NCBI GenBank assembly: GCA_964616785.1
Contig: CAZTRR010000001.1
Span: 2,989-44,466 of the forward strand
Direction: 5' to 3'
Source: an uncultured Dehalococcoidales bacterium
Lineage (GTDB): Bacteria; Chloroflexota; Dehalococcoidia; GIF9; UBA5629
DNA length: 41,478 bases
Shown piece after piece: positions 8,787 to 17,961 of the stretch. Under the pieces are notes generated by a model. That model did no database searches, had not been told where the DNA came from, and saw only the letters and a list, made by a program, of their open reading frames with translations. Made by a program: the position numbers and the translations under genes. Position 1 is the stretch's first letter. Every line of letters starts with the position of its first letter.

Positions 8787-10211
8787 GTGCAAGAGAAGCC
8801 AAAACCAAAGATTGACTTGAACAGAGTGGCTATGCCCAGGCAGGAGCCCAAAGTCAGGGGCAGGAATTACAATGAAGTAGCTTTGGGCTACACTGAGGAA
8901 ATGGCACTTCAGGAGGCGAATCGTTGCATTCAATGCCCCAAGCGTCCATGTGTCGAGGGTTGCCCAGTGAGTGTAGACATCCCTGACTTCATAAAGGCAG
9001 TACATGACAATGACATGCCCGAGGCAGTGAGAATACTCAAGGGTAAGAACAGCCTGCCGGGTATTTGTGGGCGCGTTTGTCCCCAGGAGACGCAGTGTGA
9101 ACAGGTGTGCTCACTGGGCAAGAAAGGTGCCCCGATTGCCATCGGTCGATTGGAACGCTATGTGGCTGATTGGGAACGAAGCCATGCCGCGAGCTTGGCA
9201 TCTTCACCTGACATGCCGCCATCGACAGGCAAGAAGGTGGCGGTAATTGGCTCAGGGCCGGCCGGGCTGACCTGCGCTGCCGATTTGGCCAAGCTGGGAT
9301 ACTCGGTGACTTTATTTGAGGCGCTTCATGTGGCCGGTGGGGTACTGGTGTACGGTATTCCTGAGTTCAGGCTGCCCAAGAGTATCGTTCAGGGTGAGGT
9401 TGACTATGTTAAATCTCTGGGTGTGGACATAAGGCTTGACTCGGTAATGGGCAAGTTAGCCACTGTTGATGAGCTACTAGAAGATGGCTATGATGCTGTT
9501 TTCCTTGGTACGGGGGCGGGCTTGCCAATGTTTCTGAATATACCAGGGGAGAACCTCAACGGCGTTTACTCAGCCAATGAATTCCTTACCAGGGTCAACT
9601 TGATGAAAGCATATCGCTTCCCTGAGTACGATACCCCGATAAAAATCGGCAAGAAAGTGGCTGTCATTGGCGGCGGCAATGTAGCTATGGACTCTGCTCG
9701 CTGTGCCCTGAGGCTTGGGGCTGATGAGGTTCATATCGTATATCGGCGGTCCCGCACAGAGCTGCCAGCCCGGCATGAGGAGGTGGAAAATGCCGAGGAA
9801 GAGGGTATCATATTCAAATTTCTCACCAATCCCAAACGATTCATAGGCAACGACCAGGGCTGGGTAACAGGTATGGAATGCTATGAGATGGAGCTGGGTG
9901 AGCCGGATGACAGTGGACGCCGCCGCCCGATCGTTAAGGAGGGTAGTGAGTTCATTATCGACGTTGACGTTGCAGTTGTGGCTCTGGGGACTACTCCTAA
10001 TCCGCTGATACCGTCAACCACAAAGGGGCTGGAAACGACAAGGCGTGGTACGGTGGTGGCAAACGAAGAGACCGGCAAGACTATGAAGGACAAGGTGTGG
10101 GCAGGAGGTGACCTTGTTACCGGTGCAGCCACGGTCATCAGTGCTATGGGTGCTGGAAAAAGGGCCGCTGCCTCGATGGATGCCTACCTGACGGGAAAAG
10201 CCAAGAATTAA
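8787..10211 (+). CDS. nfnB: NfnB/SudA large subunit (GltD-like, NADPH-dependent)
   Basis: RCIQCPKRPCVEGCP, ICGRVCPQETQCE, GSGPAGL, GGGNVAMD, YRR. Immediately follows nfnA and no gltB is present. Confidence 0.9.
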   Translation: MQEKPKPKIDLNRVAMPRQEPKVRGRNYNEVALGYTEEMALQEANRCIQCPKRPCVEGCPVSVDIPDFIKAVHDNDMPEAVRILKGKNSLPGICGRVCPQETQCEQVCSLGKKGAPIAIGRLERYVADWERSHAASLASSPDMPPSTGKKVAVIGSGPAGLTCAADLAKLGYSVTLFEALHVAGGVLVYGIPEFRLPKSIVQGEVDYVKSLGVDIRLDSVMGKLATVDELLEDGYDAVFLGTGAGLPMFLNIPGENLNGVYSANEFLTRVNLMKAYRFPEYDTPIKIGKKVAVIGGGNVAMDSARCALRLGADEVHIVYRRSRTELPARHEEVENAEEEGIIFKFLTNPKRFIGNDQGWVTGMECYEMELGEPDDSGRRRPIVKEGSEFIIDVDVAVVALGTTPNPLIPSTTKGLETTRRGTVVANEETGKTMKDKVWAGGDLVTGAATVISAMGAGKRAAASMDAYLTGKAKN

Positions 10212-10324
10212 AGGCGAAAAGGCAGACGTACAAGTAGAAATGCAACGGTTGTCTTTCTCTCCCTACCGTGGTCAGCATGACCTTGTTCTGCGATTCTGAC
10301 TCCCACGTATAAGCCCCAAGGGCA

Positions 10325-10366
10325 GAAATCCAAAGCACTAAATCCGAAATACCAAACAATATCCAG
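10325..10366 (+). repeat. Degenerate 7-nt periodic tandem repeat
   Basis: gaaatcc aaagcac taaatcc gaaatac caaacaa tatccag. Confidence 0.5.
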
Positions 10367-10502
10367 TGCGGGAGGATTTTCGCCTGCCCACACGTGCTAT
10401 CCCGTACAAGGCACTTGACATTGTTACGCGCGTCGACCCCAGAGTTTGTCAAGCGCTCCACAGAGCGGGTCTACTCCGTCGAACTCTGGAGCGGCGGAGA
10501 AC

Positions 10503-10531
10503 TTGACAAATCCAGAAAAGATGTCTAAAAT
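10503..10531 (+). promoter_or_regulatory. Sigma70 promoter of the T-box/trpB2 transcript
   Basis: TTGACA (10503-10508), 17-nt spacer, TAAAAT (10526-10531). Confidence 0.85.
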
Positions 10532-10552
10532 GCCTCCACAATAGAATACCGT

Positions 10553-10831
10553 AAAGGCTGAGAACGGGACTAGTAAGCCTTAAAGCGAGGCCACAGAGAG
10601 TCAGGCTAGGTGAAAGCTGACGCCGACGCAAAGGCTGAATGGACCCGGGAGCTGCAAACCGAAAGGCTATTTGAGCGCGAGTAGGCTTTGACGCAAGGGT
10701 AGCGTTATCGAAACCCAGGGTATCGCCCTAATATGCGAGGGCTGTACCTGACAGAGATGGTGTAAAGCACCAACAAGGGTGGCACCGCGAAGGCTAAGCC
10801 TCTCGCCCCTTCGGCGAGAGGCTTTCTGTTT
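10553..10831 (+). ncRNA. T-box riboswitch, tryptophan specifier
   Basis: Stem I elements AGTA, AGAGAG, GGTGAAAG; specifier loop GAA-TGG-A with TGG at 10640-10642; stem II with AGTA; T-box AAGGGTGGCACCGCG at 10775-10789; terminator follows. Confidence 0.93.
10796..10831 (+). terminator. Intrinsic terminator of the T-box leader
   Basis: AAGCCTCTCGCC-ccttc-GGCGAGAGGCTT followed by TCTGTTT. Confidence 0.88.
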
Positions 10832-10844
10832 GAGGAGGGCTGAA

Positions 10845-10916
10845 ATGTCAACAATGTCATGGAAGTGGCCCCGGGAGGGCCGAAAACTGTCTGAGTCACG
10901 TCAACACGCACTTTGA
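10845..10916 (+). CDS. Candidate Trp-containing leader peptide, 23 aa
   Basis: GAGGAGG (10832-10838), 6 nt, then ATG; MSTMSWKWPREGRKLSESRQHAL*. Confidence 0.45.
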   Translation: MSTMSWKWPREGRKLSESRQHAL

Positions 10917-10946
10917 ACATTCAAAAGGAAATCAAAAGGAGGAGAA

Positions 10947-12314
10947 ATGAAACAAACAAAATTTACCTTGAGTGAAAAGGAAATGCCTACGTCATGGTAC
11001 AACATCCTGGCTGACCTGCCGAAGCCATTACCACCGTTACTGCACCCGGTCACTAAGGAACCTACCATCCTGCCCCCGCCATTGTTTGCCTCGGCCTTAA
11101 GGGAACAGGAGTTCAGCCAGGAGCGGTACATCGAAATCCCGGAAGAGGTCCAAGAGATTTATCACACCTGGAGACCTACAACACTACATCGGGCGTACCG
11201 GCTTGAGAAAGCCTTGGACACACCAGCCAAGATTTTCTACAAATATGAGGGTACAAGCCAAGCCGGTAGTCACAAGCCTAATACTGCTGTAGCGCAGGCA
11301 TACTATGCGAAGCAAGACGGGATCAAGCGAATCACCACTGAGACCGGAGCCGGGCAGTGGGGCAGTGCCCTGTCAATGGGCTGCATGTTCTTCGGCATCG
11401 AGCTGAAGGTCTATATGGTCAAGGTCAGCTACAACCAGAAGCCATACCGCCGGGTGCTAATGGAGACCTGGGGAGCTAAGTGCGTGCCCAGCCCCAGCCC
11501 TGATACTGAAATCGGGCGGAAGATTCTAGCCGAAGACCCCGACTCGCCGGGCAGCTTGGGCATTGCCATCAGTGAGGCTATAGAGGATGCCTTCGGGCGG
11601 GACGATACGTACTACTCTATAGGCAGTGTCATCAACTGCGTCTTGCTCCACCAAACCGTAAATGGTCTCGAGGCCAAAAAGCTGATGGAGAAGGCTGATG
11701 TCTACCCTGACATCATCATCGGCTGCATCGGCGGCGGCAGCAACTTCGCCGGGGTGTACCTCCCCTTCGTCAAGGACAAAATCGAAGGCAAGAAGCCGAA
11801 TCTCCGGATTATCAATGTCGAGCCTGCAGCTTGCCCCAGCATGACTAAGGGACCGTACACTTGGGACTACGGAGACATCGCTGGCATGGCACCGATTGTC
11901 AAGATGAATACATTGGGCCATACCTTTATCCCACCAAAGATTCATGCGGGCGGCCTCCGCTACCATGGCATGGCACCGATAATCTGCCACCTTCATCAAC
12001 TGGGCTTCGTCGAAGCTCAGGCAGTGCATCAGGTTGCAGCCTTCGAGGCCGGCGTGCAGTTCGCACGAACTGAGGGTATCGTTCCTGCTCCAGAGCCAAA
12101 CCATGCCATCAAGGTAGTTATAGATGAGGCTTTAGCCTGTAAAGAGTCCGGTGAAGCCAAGACTATTCTTCTGGCTCATAGCGGACATGGACACTTCGAC
12201 CTAGCCGCCTATGATGAGTACCTCTCAGGGAGGCTTCAAGATTATGAGTATCCCGAGAAACTCGTCAAGGAGGCTTTAGCCCAGTTGCCAGAAGTCGACT
12301 ATGCAGAAGCATGA
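10947..12314 (+). CDS. trpB2: Tryptophan synthase beta chain 2 (TrpB2), PLP enzyme
   Basis: GSHKPNTA (PLP lysine), [41 protein letters not shown]. Confidence 0.93.
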   Translation: MKQTKFTLSEKEMPTSWYNILADLPKPLPPLLHPVTKEPTILPPPLFASALREQEFSQERYIEIPEEVQEIYHTWRPTTLHRAYRLEKALDTPAKIFYKYEGTSQAGSHKPNTAVAQAYYAKQDGIKRITTETGAGQWGSALSMGCMFFGIELKVYMVKVSYNQKPYRRVLMETWGAKCVPSPSPDTEIGRKILAEDPDSPGSLGIAISEAIEDAFGRDDTYYSIGSVINCVLLHQTVNGLEAKKLMEKADVYPDIIIGCIGGGSNFAGVYLPFVKDKIEGKKPNLRIINVEPAACPSMTKGPYTWDYGDIAGMAPIVKMNTLGHTFIPPKIHAGGLRYHGMAPIICHLHQLGFVEAQAVHQVAAFEAGVQFARTEGIVPAPEPNHAIKVVIDEALACKESGEAKTILLAHSGHGHFDLAAYDEYLSGRLQDYEYPEKLVKEALAQLPEVDYAEA

Positions 12315-12346
12315 GTTGAGCGTCAACGTAAGTAGAGCAATCAGTC

Positions 12347-12452
12347 GTCGCCCTGAGCCGCAGCGAACCCTTGGGAAATGCCCGGTTTTGGCCGAAGTCT
12401 TGACCGGCGGAGCTTGAGGCAGCGTGAGATTCTTCGCTACGCTCAGAATGAC
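12347..12452. repeat. Inverted pair of REP-like palindromic repeats
   Basis: GTCGCCCTGAGCCGCAGCGAA (12347-12367) faces 12427-12452, whose reverse complement is GTCATTCTGAGCGTAGCGAAGAATCT. Confidence 0.6.
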
Positions 12453-12526
12453 AGGCCAAAGAGGTCGGAGTGACAAGGGATAAGGTGGGCTAGGCTTAGT
12501 ATCCGCTCCAACCTAGCCCTGCTGAA

Positions 12527-12558
12527 GGGTGGGTCACCTGTGAGCAGATGACCCACCC
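12527..12558. terminator. Strong GC hairpin between convergent trpB2 and MBL genes
   Basis: GGGTGGGTCA (12527-12536) pairs with TGACCCACCC (12549-12558); the U-tract is weak. Confidence 0.45.
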
Positions 12559-12735
12559 GTTGTATAAACCCGCGTGGCTGTCACCGGTAGGCAGGTGACT
12601 GGCACAGAACTGAAGAACGACTGCAGAGGACGACGCTGTCTTGAAAAGAAGGGGCAGATCCGGTTGGCTCGCTCTGCAACAAATGACAAGAAATCAACGG
12701 AGCAGGCGCAGGCGGCAGCAATATGAAGGGAAAGG

Positions 12736-13509
12736 CTATACCGTAATCTTCATACCTTCGTATCCTATATCGATGGTGCTTCCCAGTTCACGGGCAGCAT
12801 CCCTGACTTCCTGCTCGACCTGCTCCTGGTACTGAGGTGGGAGATGCACCGCCACGACCCGCGGTAAATATCCCTTGATTTGACGGAAGTGGGCAAGTTC
12901 ATCTTTAAGCAAGTGCGCTGAAAGGTGACCGACGCTCTTGAGGAACTCTGCGAACTTGTTGAGACCAGAAACCTCAATCATAAGCAACTGAGGTGAAATG
13001 CGTTCCCAGCAAGCTGATAAGCCGGGGCCGGTATCCCCGGTATAGAATAGGCTCTTCCCGTCGCTGGATGTAACTTGATAGCCGACAGCAGGCACCGAAT
13101 GCCTTACCGTTACAGGCGAGACCTCATAGCCTTCAACAATCAGCGTTTGGAGCGGCTCAACAGCCGTCAGCCGTAGAAAAGGCTTTTCTTCAGACGGCCA
13201 TGTGGAGAAGTCTACATACATCCTGCCATCGAGAAGGCAGGACCTAACGATATCAAGAGACTCACTCAATGCGTAGACGTCGACCGGATCAGGGAACGCA
13301 GCACCACTGGCCCCAAACGTGACCAAATCCCGTGTATGATCAAAATGGTGATGCGTCAATAGAATCGCCCTCACCTGCTGTTGCTCTGCGAGTGAAAGAC
13401 TCGAAGTAAGCCCGCCAGCGTCCAGAGCGAGAATCCCATCTACGAGAAAGGAAGCCAGCCGCAGCCCTTTAGCTTCGATACTATGGGCACCCAGGATTTG
13501 AATTTCCAT
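12736..13509 (-). CDS. MBL-fold metallo-hydrolase, cyclic-nucleotide phosphodiesterase class II-like
   Basis: LDAG, THHHFDH (HxHxDH), HSVP, YTGDTG, GHL and VHL motifs; GGAGG SD. Confidence 0.85.
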   Translation of the reverse strand: MEIQILGAHSIEAKGLRLASFLVDGILALDAGGLTSSLSLAEQQQVRAILLTHHHFDHTRDLVTFGASGAAFPDPVDVYALSESLDIVRSCLLDGRMYVDFSTWPSEEKPFLRLTAVEPLQTLIVEGYEVSPVTVRHSVPAVGYQVTSSDGKSLFYTGDTGPGLSACWERISPQLLMIEVSGLNKFAEFLKSVGHLSAHLLKDELAHFRQIKGYLPRVVAVHLPPQYQEQVEQEVRDAARELGSTIDIGYEGMKITV

Positions 13510-13590
13510 GCTTATACCTCCGAGCTCAGAACCTGCCTTGCGGACATCAGCAGAGATTCTTCTTGCGCTGGTATCGTGTTACAAGCATTC

Positions 13591-13619
13591 ATTCTAGCCT
13601 AAGCTCTTTCCGGTATCAA
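13591..13619 (-). promoter_or_regulatory. Sigma70 promoter for the MBL gene
   Basis: TTGATA, 17-nt spacer, TAGAAT. Confidence 0.65.
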
Positions 13620-13658
13620 ATCCTTGGACACACCCCCGTCTGAAGGAGGAATCCCATT

Positions 13659-13687
13659 TTGCCCCAAAAGAACCTGTGTGCTACAAT
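13659..13687 (+). promoter_or_regulatory. Sigma70 promoter for the HtrA-like gene
   Basis: TTGCCC, 17-nt spacer, TACAAT, with an extended TG. Confidence 0.6.
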
Positions 13688-13727
13688 CAAGTGAGCCATG
13701 AGTACAGCTACAAATGGGGGAACGCTA

Positions 13728-14858
13728 ATGAAACATGCCGGCATTGTCCTATTATTGCTGAGCCTGGTGATAGGCATGGCTGGTTGTGTCATAGTGGTGC
13801 CTGAGAGTCCAGCACCATCACTAACCACCGAGACACCGGCTAATCACACTCCTGCAGTACCAATAGACCCGACCTGGACAGCTCCCGCCGTAGAAGAAGA
13901 CGCATTTACACTGCCCAGTATTGCTGATGTAGTAGACAAGGTCTATCCATCAGTAGTAACCATAAGTACAGAAGCAGTGACATTGGATTTCTTTCTTAGA
14001 CCACAAACGCAGTCAGGCGCTGGCTCGGGATGGATCATAGATGGGGACGGCGAAATCGTGACCAACAACCACGTGGTTGAGGGGGCTGAAAAGGTAACCG
14101 TGGAACTGGCCGACGGCAGGACTTTTCAAGCGGACCCCGACGATGTCCGCCGAGACCCCCTGACCGACCTGGCTGTCATCAAGATCGATGCCGTCAACCT
14201 GCCAGCTGCTGACCTTGGGGATTCCACGCAACTGCGAGTTGGCGACTGGGTAGTGGCTATCGGTAATCCCCTGGGCCGAGGGCTGAGGGCCAAGGAAGGC
14301 ACGGTCAGTGGTCTGAGGGTATCCCTGCCCATAGATGGTCAGACTTTGGACGACCTTATCGAGATCTCGGCACCTATCAACCCGGGCAATAGCGGAGGAC
14401 CTTTAGTCAACATGAAGGGACAGGTTATTGGCATTACCAGCGCTAAGGTTGCCGGCGTGGGCGTTGAAGGCATGGGCTATGCCATAAGCATGAAGAAGGC
14501 AATGCCAATCATCGAGGAGTTGATCAGGAACGGCTATGTGACCCGTCCATGGCTCGGGGTTTCGCTATATACTGTTGATGAGTACGTGGCCACGGTAAAC
14601 CGCCTGTCTGTAGATAAGGGAGCAGTTGTTGTGCATGTCAAACAGGGCAGCCCGGCAGATGAGGCAGGTTTGAAAGAGGGCGACGTGATTGTTCGTTTTA
14701 GAGGTAAGGAGGTAACCACGGCCGAGGGGCTAATAGAATTTATACACTCTTCACAACTGGGCGAGGAAGTCAAGATCACGTTTGTTAGAGGCCAGGATAG
14801 AGAGACAGTTTCTGCTCAGCTAATACAGAGCCCGCCGCCAGGCAAGTCAGACCGCTGA
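13728..14858 (+). CDS. HtrA/DegP-family serine protease with one PDZ domain, probable lipoprotein
   Basis: TNNHVV, DLAVIK and INPGNSGGP triad; RPWLGV PDZ; signal peptide ending GMAGC. Alternative start at 13698. Confidence 0.92.
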   Translation: MKHAGIVLLLLSLVIGMAGCVIVVPESPAPSLTTETPANHTPAVPIDPTWTAPAVEEDAFTLPSIADVVDKVYPSVVTISTEAVTLDFFLRPQTQSGAGSGWIIDGDGEIVTNNHVVEGAEKVTVELADGRTFQADPDDVRRDPLTDLAVIKIDAVNLPAADLGDSTQLRVGDWVVAIGNPLGRGLRAKEGTVSGLRVSLPIDGQTLDDLIEISAPINPGNSGGPLVNMKGQVIGITSAKVAGVGVEGMGYAISMKKAMPIIEELIRNGYVTRPWLGVSLYTVDEYVATVNRLSVDKGAVVVHVKQGSPADEAGLKEGDVIVRFRGKEVTTAEGLIEFIHSSQLGEEVKITFVRGQDRETVSAQLIQSPPPGKSDR

Positions 14859-14874
14859 GTTGATCACGGATTCC

Positions 14875-17800
14875 CTAGCTAGCCTCCTTCTCAATGCCAA
14901 GCAGGACCTCGCAATCGGAAATGCGATACTTCTCAGTGTAACTACCGTCGGGAGGTGGCGCAAGGACCAAGCGCCTGGATAATGTTTCCTGGTTAATGTA
15001 GTCAGCAAACTCGGTCATCACCTGCCGTAGAGGATGTTGGCCTTGATAATAGGCAACAATATGATCGGTGACGTCCAGACCTGCCGAACGGCGCATAGTC
15101 TGCAAGCGCCGTACCACCTCACGAGCCATTCCCTCCGCCTTCAGTTCTGATGACAAGGCAGTAGCCATCGCCACCCAGTAGCCCCCTTCCGCAGCCGACG
15201 CATAGCCAGGTTCATCGCAGGCGACTTCATCCTCGACGAACTCCAGTTCTTTGACATTGAGCTCTTCCAACACCTGGTCGGCCAGCCTTTGTAAGGCCTG
15301 TCTTTCGCCCGCTGCCTTCACCCTAACCAACGCTTTCGCTAGAGGCTGACGCACTTTTATCCCTGCTTTGGCTCGGGCAGCGCGGCCGAGGCTACACACC
15401 GTCATAGCCAAGCGGGTAGCATCAACCAGCTTCTCGTCGATTTGAGTGCGGTCGGCGATAGGGAAATCACACACGTGCACGCTTTCTACAGCCTCGGGGT
15501 CCACAGAACACACCAGGTTCCGATATATCTCTTCAGCAACAAAAGGGGCAAAAGGAGCTAGAAGCTTGGACAAGGTAACCAGGCAATGGTAGAGTGTCAT
15601 ATAGGCTGCCAGTTTGTCAGCGTCGCTCTGGCTTTTCCAGAAGCGGCGACGGCTGCGCCTCACATACCAATTGGAAAGATCATCCACGAAGCTCTCAATC
15701 CTTCGCCCAGCGGCCGTAGGGTCATAATGGTCCAAAGCCGTGTCTACGTCGGCTATAAGTTGATTGAGCCTGGAGAGAATCCACCTATCTAAATCGGATA
15801 GAGACTGAGTCGAGACCGATTTTGGGTCAAAATCGTCAATATTGGCGTACGTCACAAAGAAGCTATAGGTATTCCATAGCGTAAGCAGGAAGCCACGCAT
15901 GACTTCAGCCACCATGTCGCTGGAAAAGCGGCGTACATTCCCGGCTGGTGATGAGGTAATCAAATACCAACGTATGGCATCGGCCCCGTAGGTCTCAAGC
16001 ATCGCCCATGGGTCAACCACGTTTCCCCTGGCCTTGCTCATCTTTTCACCCTCAGCATCGAGGATGTGACCGAGACAGATGACGTTCTCAAAGCAAGGGC
16101 GTCCAAAAAGCAAGGTAGATATGGCGTGCAAGCTGTAGAACCACCCACGGGTCTGGTCAACAGCTTCGCAGATGAAGTCGGCGGGAAAACTCCGGTCAAA
16201 CTCGTCGCCATTTTCAAAAGGGTAATGCCACTGGGCCACAGGCATAGCCCCGGAGTCGAACCAGCAGTCAATCACCTCCGCCTGCCGCCTCATTTCCCCA
16301 CTACATCTGGAACAAGCGAAGGTAATGTCATCGACAAAAGGGCGATGCAAGTCTAATGGCTCAACCAGGCCCTTGAGGTTCGGCCTTGCTTTTAGCTCCC
16401 CCACACCACCGACGCATTCGTAGCTGCCACAGCTTGAGCAACTCCAGATATTCAGGGGAGTCCCCCAGTAGCGCTCTCGCGAGAAAGCCCAGTCAACGTT
16501 GTTCTCTAACCAGTCGCCGAAACGGCCATGCTTAATGTGCTCTGGATACCAGTTGATGTCAGCATTTCCGGAGATAAGTGTATCCTTCTTGAGTGATGTC
16601 CTGATATACCAGGTTTTCTTAGCATAGTAAAGGAGTGGAGCCTCACAACGCCAGCAAAAGGGATAGGTGTGCACTATCTGCTCGCTGCGGTAGAGCAACC
16701 CCCTGGATCTGAGGTCTTCCAGAACAAGGGGGTCAGCGTCCTTAACGAACCTGGCAGCAAAAGGATAGGTGCCAGTTACCCTGCCTTCCAAATCCACCGG
16801 CTGCACGAAATCGAGCCCCAAGCTCTTCCCAGCCTCGAAATCTACTTCACCGAAAGCCGGCGCAACATGAACAATGCCCGTACCTTCTTCCATCGAGACA
16901 AAGTCAGCGGAAATCACACGATACGTTAAGTCCTTCTCCACCGGCTGCACGCTCAACACGTCATAGGAGAGGCCTTCTTGACCATCCCCGGGAGCAAAAC
17001 GTCTCCTTTCAACCCCAAAATCGTGCGGATTGAACAGAGGTTGATATGCAAGCTCAACGAGTTCCTTGCCAGGAACACTGAATCTGACCTCGTACTTCTC
17101 AAGCTTGCTCCCCTCTACGAGCGCAGAGGCCAAAATAACGTAATCCTCAGGGCCTTCCATAACGCTGTATTCCGCATCTGGAGCCACAGCGAGAGCGGTA
17201 TTGCCAGGCAGAGTCCAGGGAGTTGTCGTCCAAGCCAGGAAAAAGGCAGGCTTGCTCTTAAGGGCAGGCAAGAGAAAGGAACACAGCTCTGTTTCTTCAT
17301 TCAGTGATTTTGGGGCCAGCTTGAACTTTATGTAAACCGAAGGGTCTTCAGCATCATCCCTGTAGCCCAGGGCAACCTCGTGAGAGCTGAGAGAAGTACC
17401 GCATCTTGGACAATGCGGCGTAACCTTGTAGCCCTGATAAATCAAGCCTTTGTTCCATAGCTGTCCTATTGCCCACCAGCAAGATTCTATATACCCGTTT
17501 TCAAGGGTGATGTAAGGATGCTCCAGGTCTAGCCAGAAGCCGATGCGCTCGGTCATGGCTTCCCATTCCTTCAGATAACTGAACACGCTCTCCCGACAAT
17601 GAGCATTGAACTGAGCCACTCCGTAATCTTCGATCTGGGCTTTAGTGGTGAAGCCCAACATCTTCTCGATCTCCAACTCCACCGGTAGGCCGTGGGTATC
17701 CCACCCCGCTTTGCGTGGAGCATAGTAGCCTTTCATCGTCTTGTATCGGGGTACAATATCCTTGAAGACTCGGGATAGCACGTGGTGAATTCCGGGGCTA

Positions 17801-17961
17801 CCATTGGCCGTGGGCGGCCCTTCATACAGGGTAAACTGCTTTGCCCCATGCCGTGCCTCAACGCTCTTTTCGAAGATACGATGGTCTTTCCAGAACTTGA
17901 GGACTTCGTTTTCTAGCTGGGGAAAGCTTACCTTACTGCTTACCGGCCGGAACATGCTCAA
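14875..17961 (-). CDS. ileS: Isoleucine--tRNA ligase, type 2
   Basis: EGPPTANGSPGIHH, GWDTHGLPVE, WTTTPWTLP, SRERYWGTP, DQTRGWF, KMSKA, KVRQPL. Confidence 0.96.
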   Translation of the reverse strand: MSMFRPVSSKVSFPQLENEVLKFWKDHRIFEKSVEARHGAKQFTLYEGPPTANGSPGIHHVLSRVFKDIVPRYKTMKGYYAPRKAGWDTHGLPVELEIEKMLGFTTKAQIEDYGVAQFNAHCRESVFSYLKEWEAMTERIGFWLDLEHPYITLENGYIESCWWAIGQLWNKGLIYQGYKVTPHCPRCGTSLSSHEVALGYRDDAEDPSVYIKFKLAPKSLNEETELCSFLLPALKSKPAFFLAWTTTPWTLPGNTALAVAPDAEYSVMEGPEDYVILASALVEGSKLEKYEVRFSVPGKELVELAYQPLFNPHDFGVERRRFAPGDGQEGLSYDVLSVQPVEKDLTYRVISADFVSMEEGTGIVHVAPAFGEVDFEAGKSLGLDFVQPVDLEGRVTGTYPFAARFVKDADPLVLEDLRSRGLLYRSEQIVHTYPFCWRCEAPLLYYAKKTWYIRTSLKKDTLISGNADINWYPEHIKHGRFGDWLENNVDWAFSRERYWGTPLNIWSCSSCGSYECVGGVGELKARPNLKGLVEPLDLHRPFVDDITFACSRCSGEMRRQAEVIDCWFDSGAMPVAQWHYPFENGDEFDRSFPADFICEAVDQTRGWFYSLHAISTLLFGRPCFENVICLGHILDAEGEKMSKARGNVVDPWAMLETYGADAIRWYLITSSPAGNVRRFSSDMVAEVMRGFLLTLWNTYSFFVTYANIDDFDPKSVSTQSLSDLDRWILSRLNQLIADVDTALDHYDPTAAGRRIESFVDDLSNWYVRRSRRRFWKSQSDADKLAAYMTLYHCLVTLSKLLAPFAPFVAEEIYRNLVCSVDPEAVESVHVCDFPIADRTQIDEKLVDATRLAMTVCSLGRAARAKAGIKVRQPLAKALVRVKAAGERQALQRLADQVLEELNVKELEFVEDEVACDEPGYASAAEGGYWVAMATALSSELKAEGMAREVVRRLQTMRRSAGLDVTDHIVAYYQGQHPLRQVMTEFADYINQETLSRRLVLAPPPDGSYTEKYRISDCEVLLGIEKEAS

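Noticed and set aside
8787-10211. Glutamate synthase small subunit
   Set aside because: No gltB is nearby and it is paired with an NfnA-type gene.
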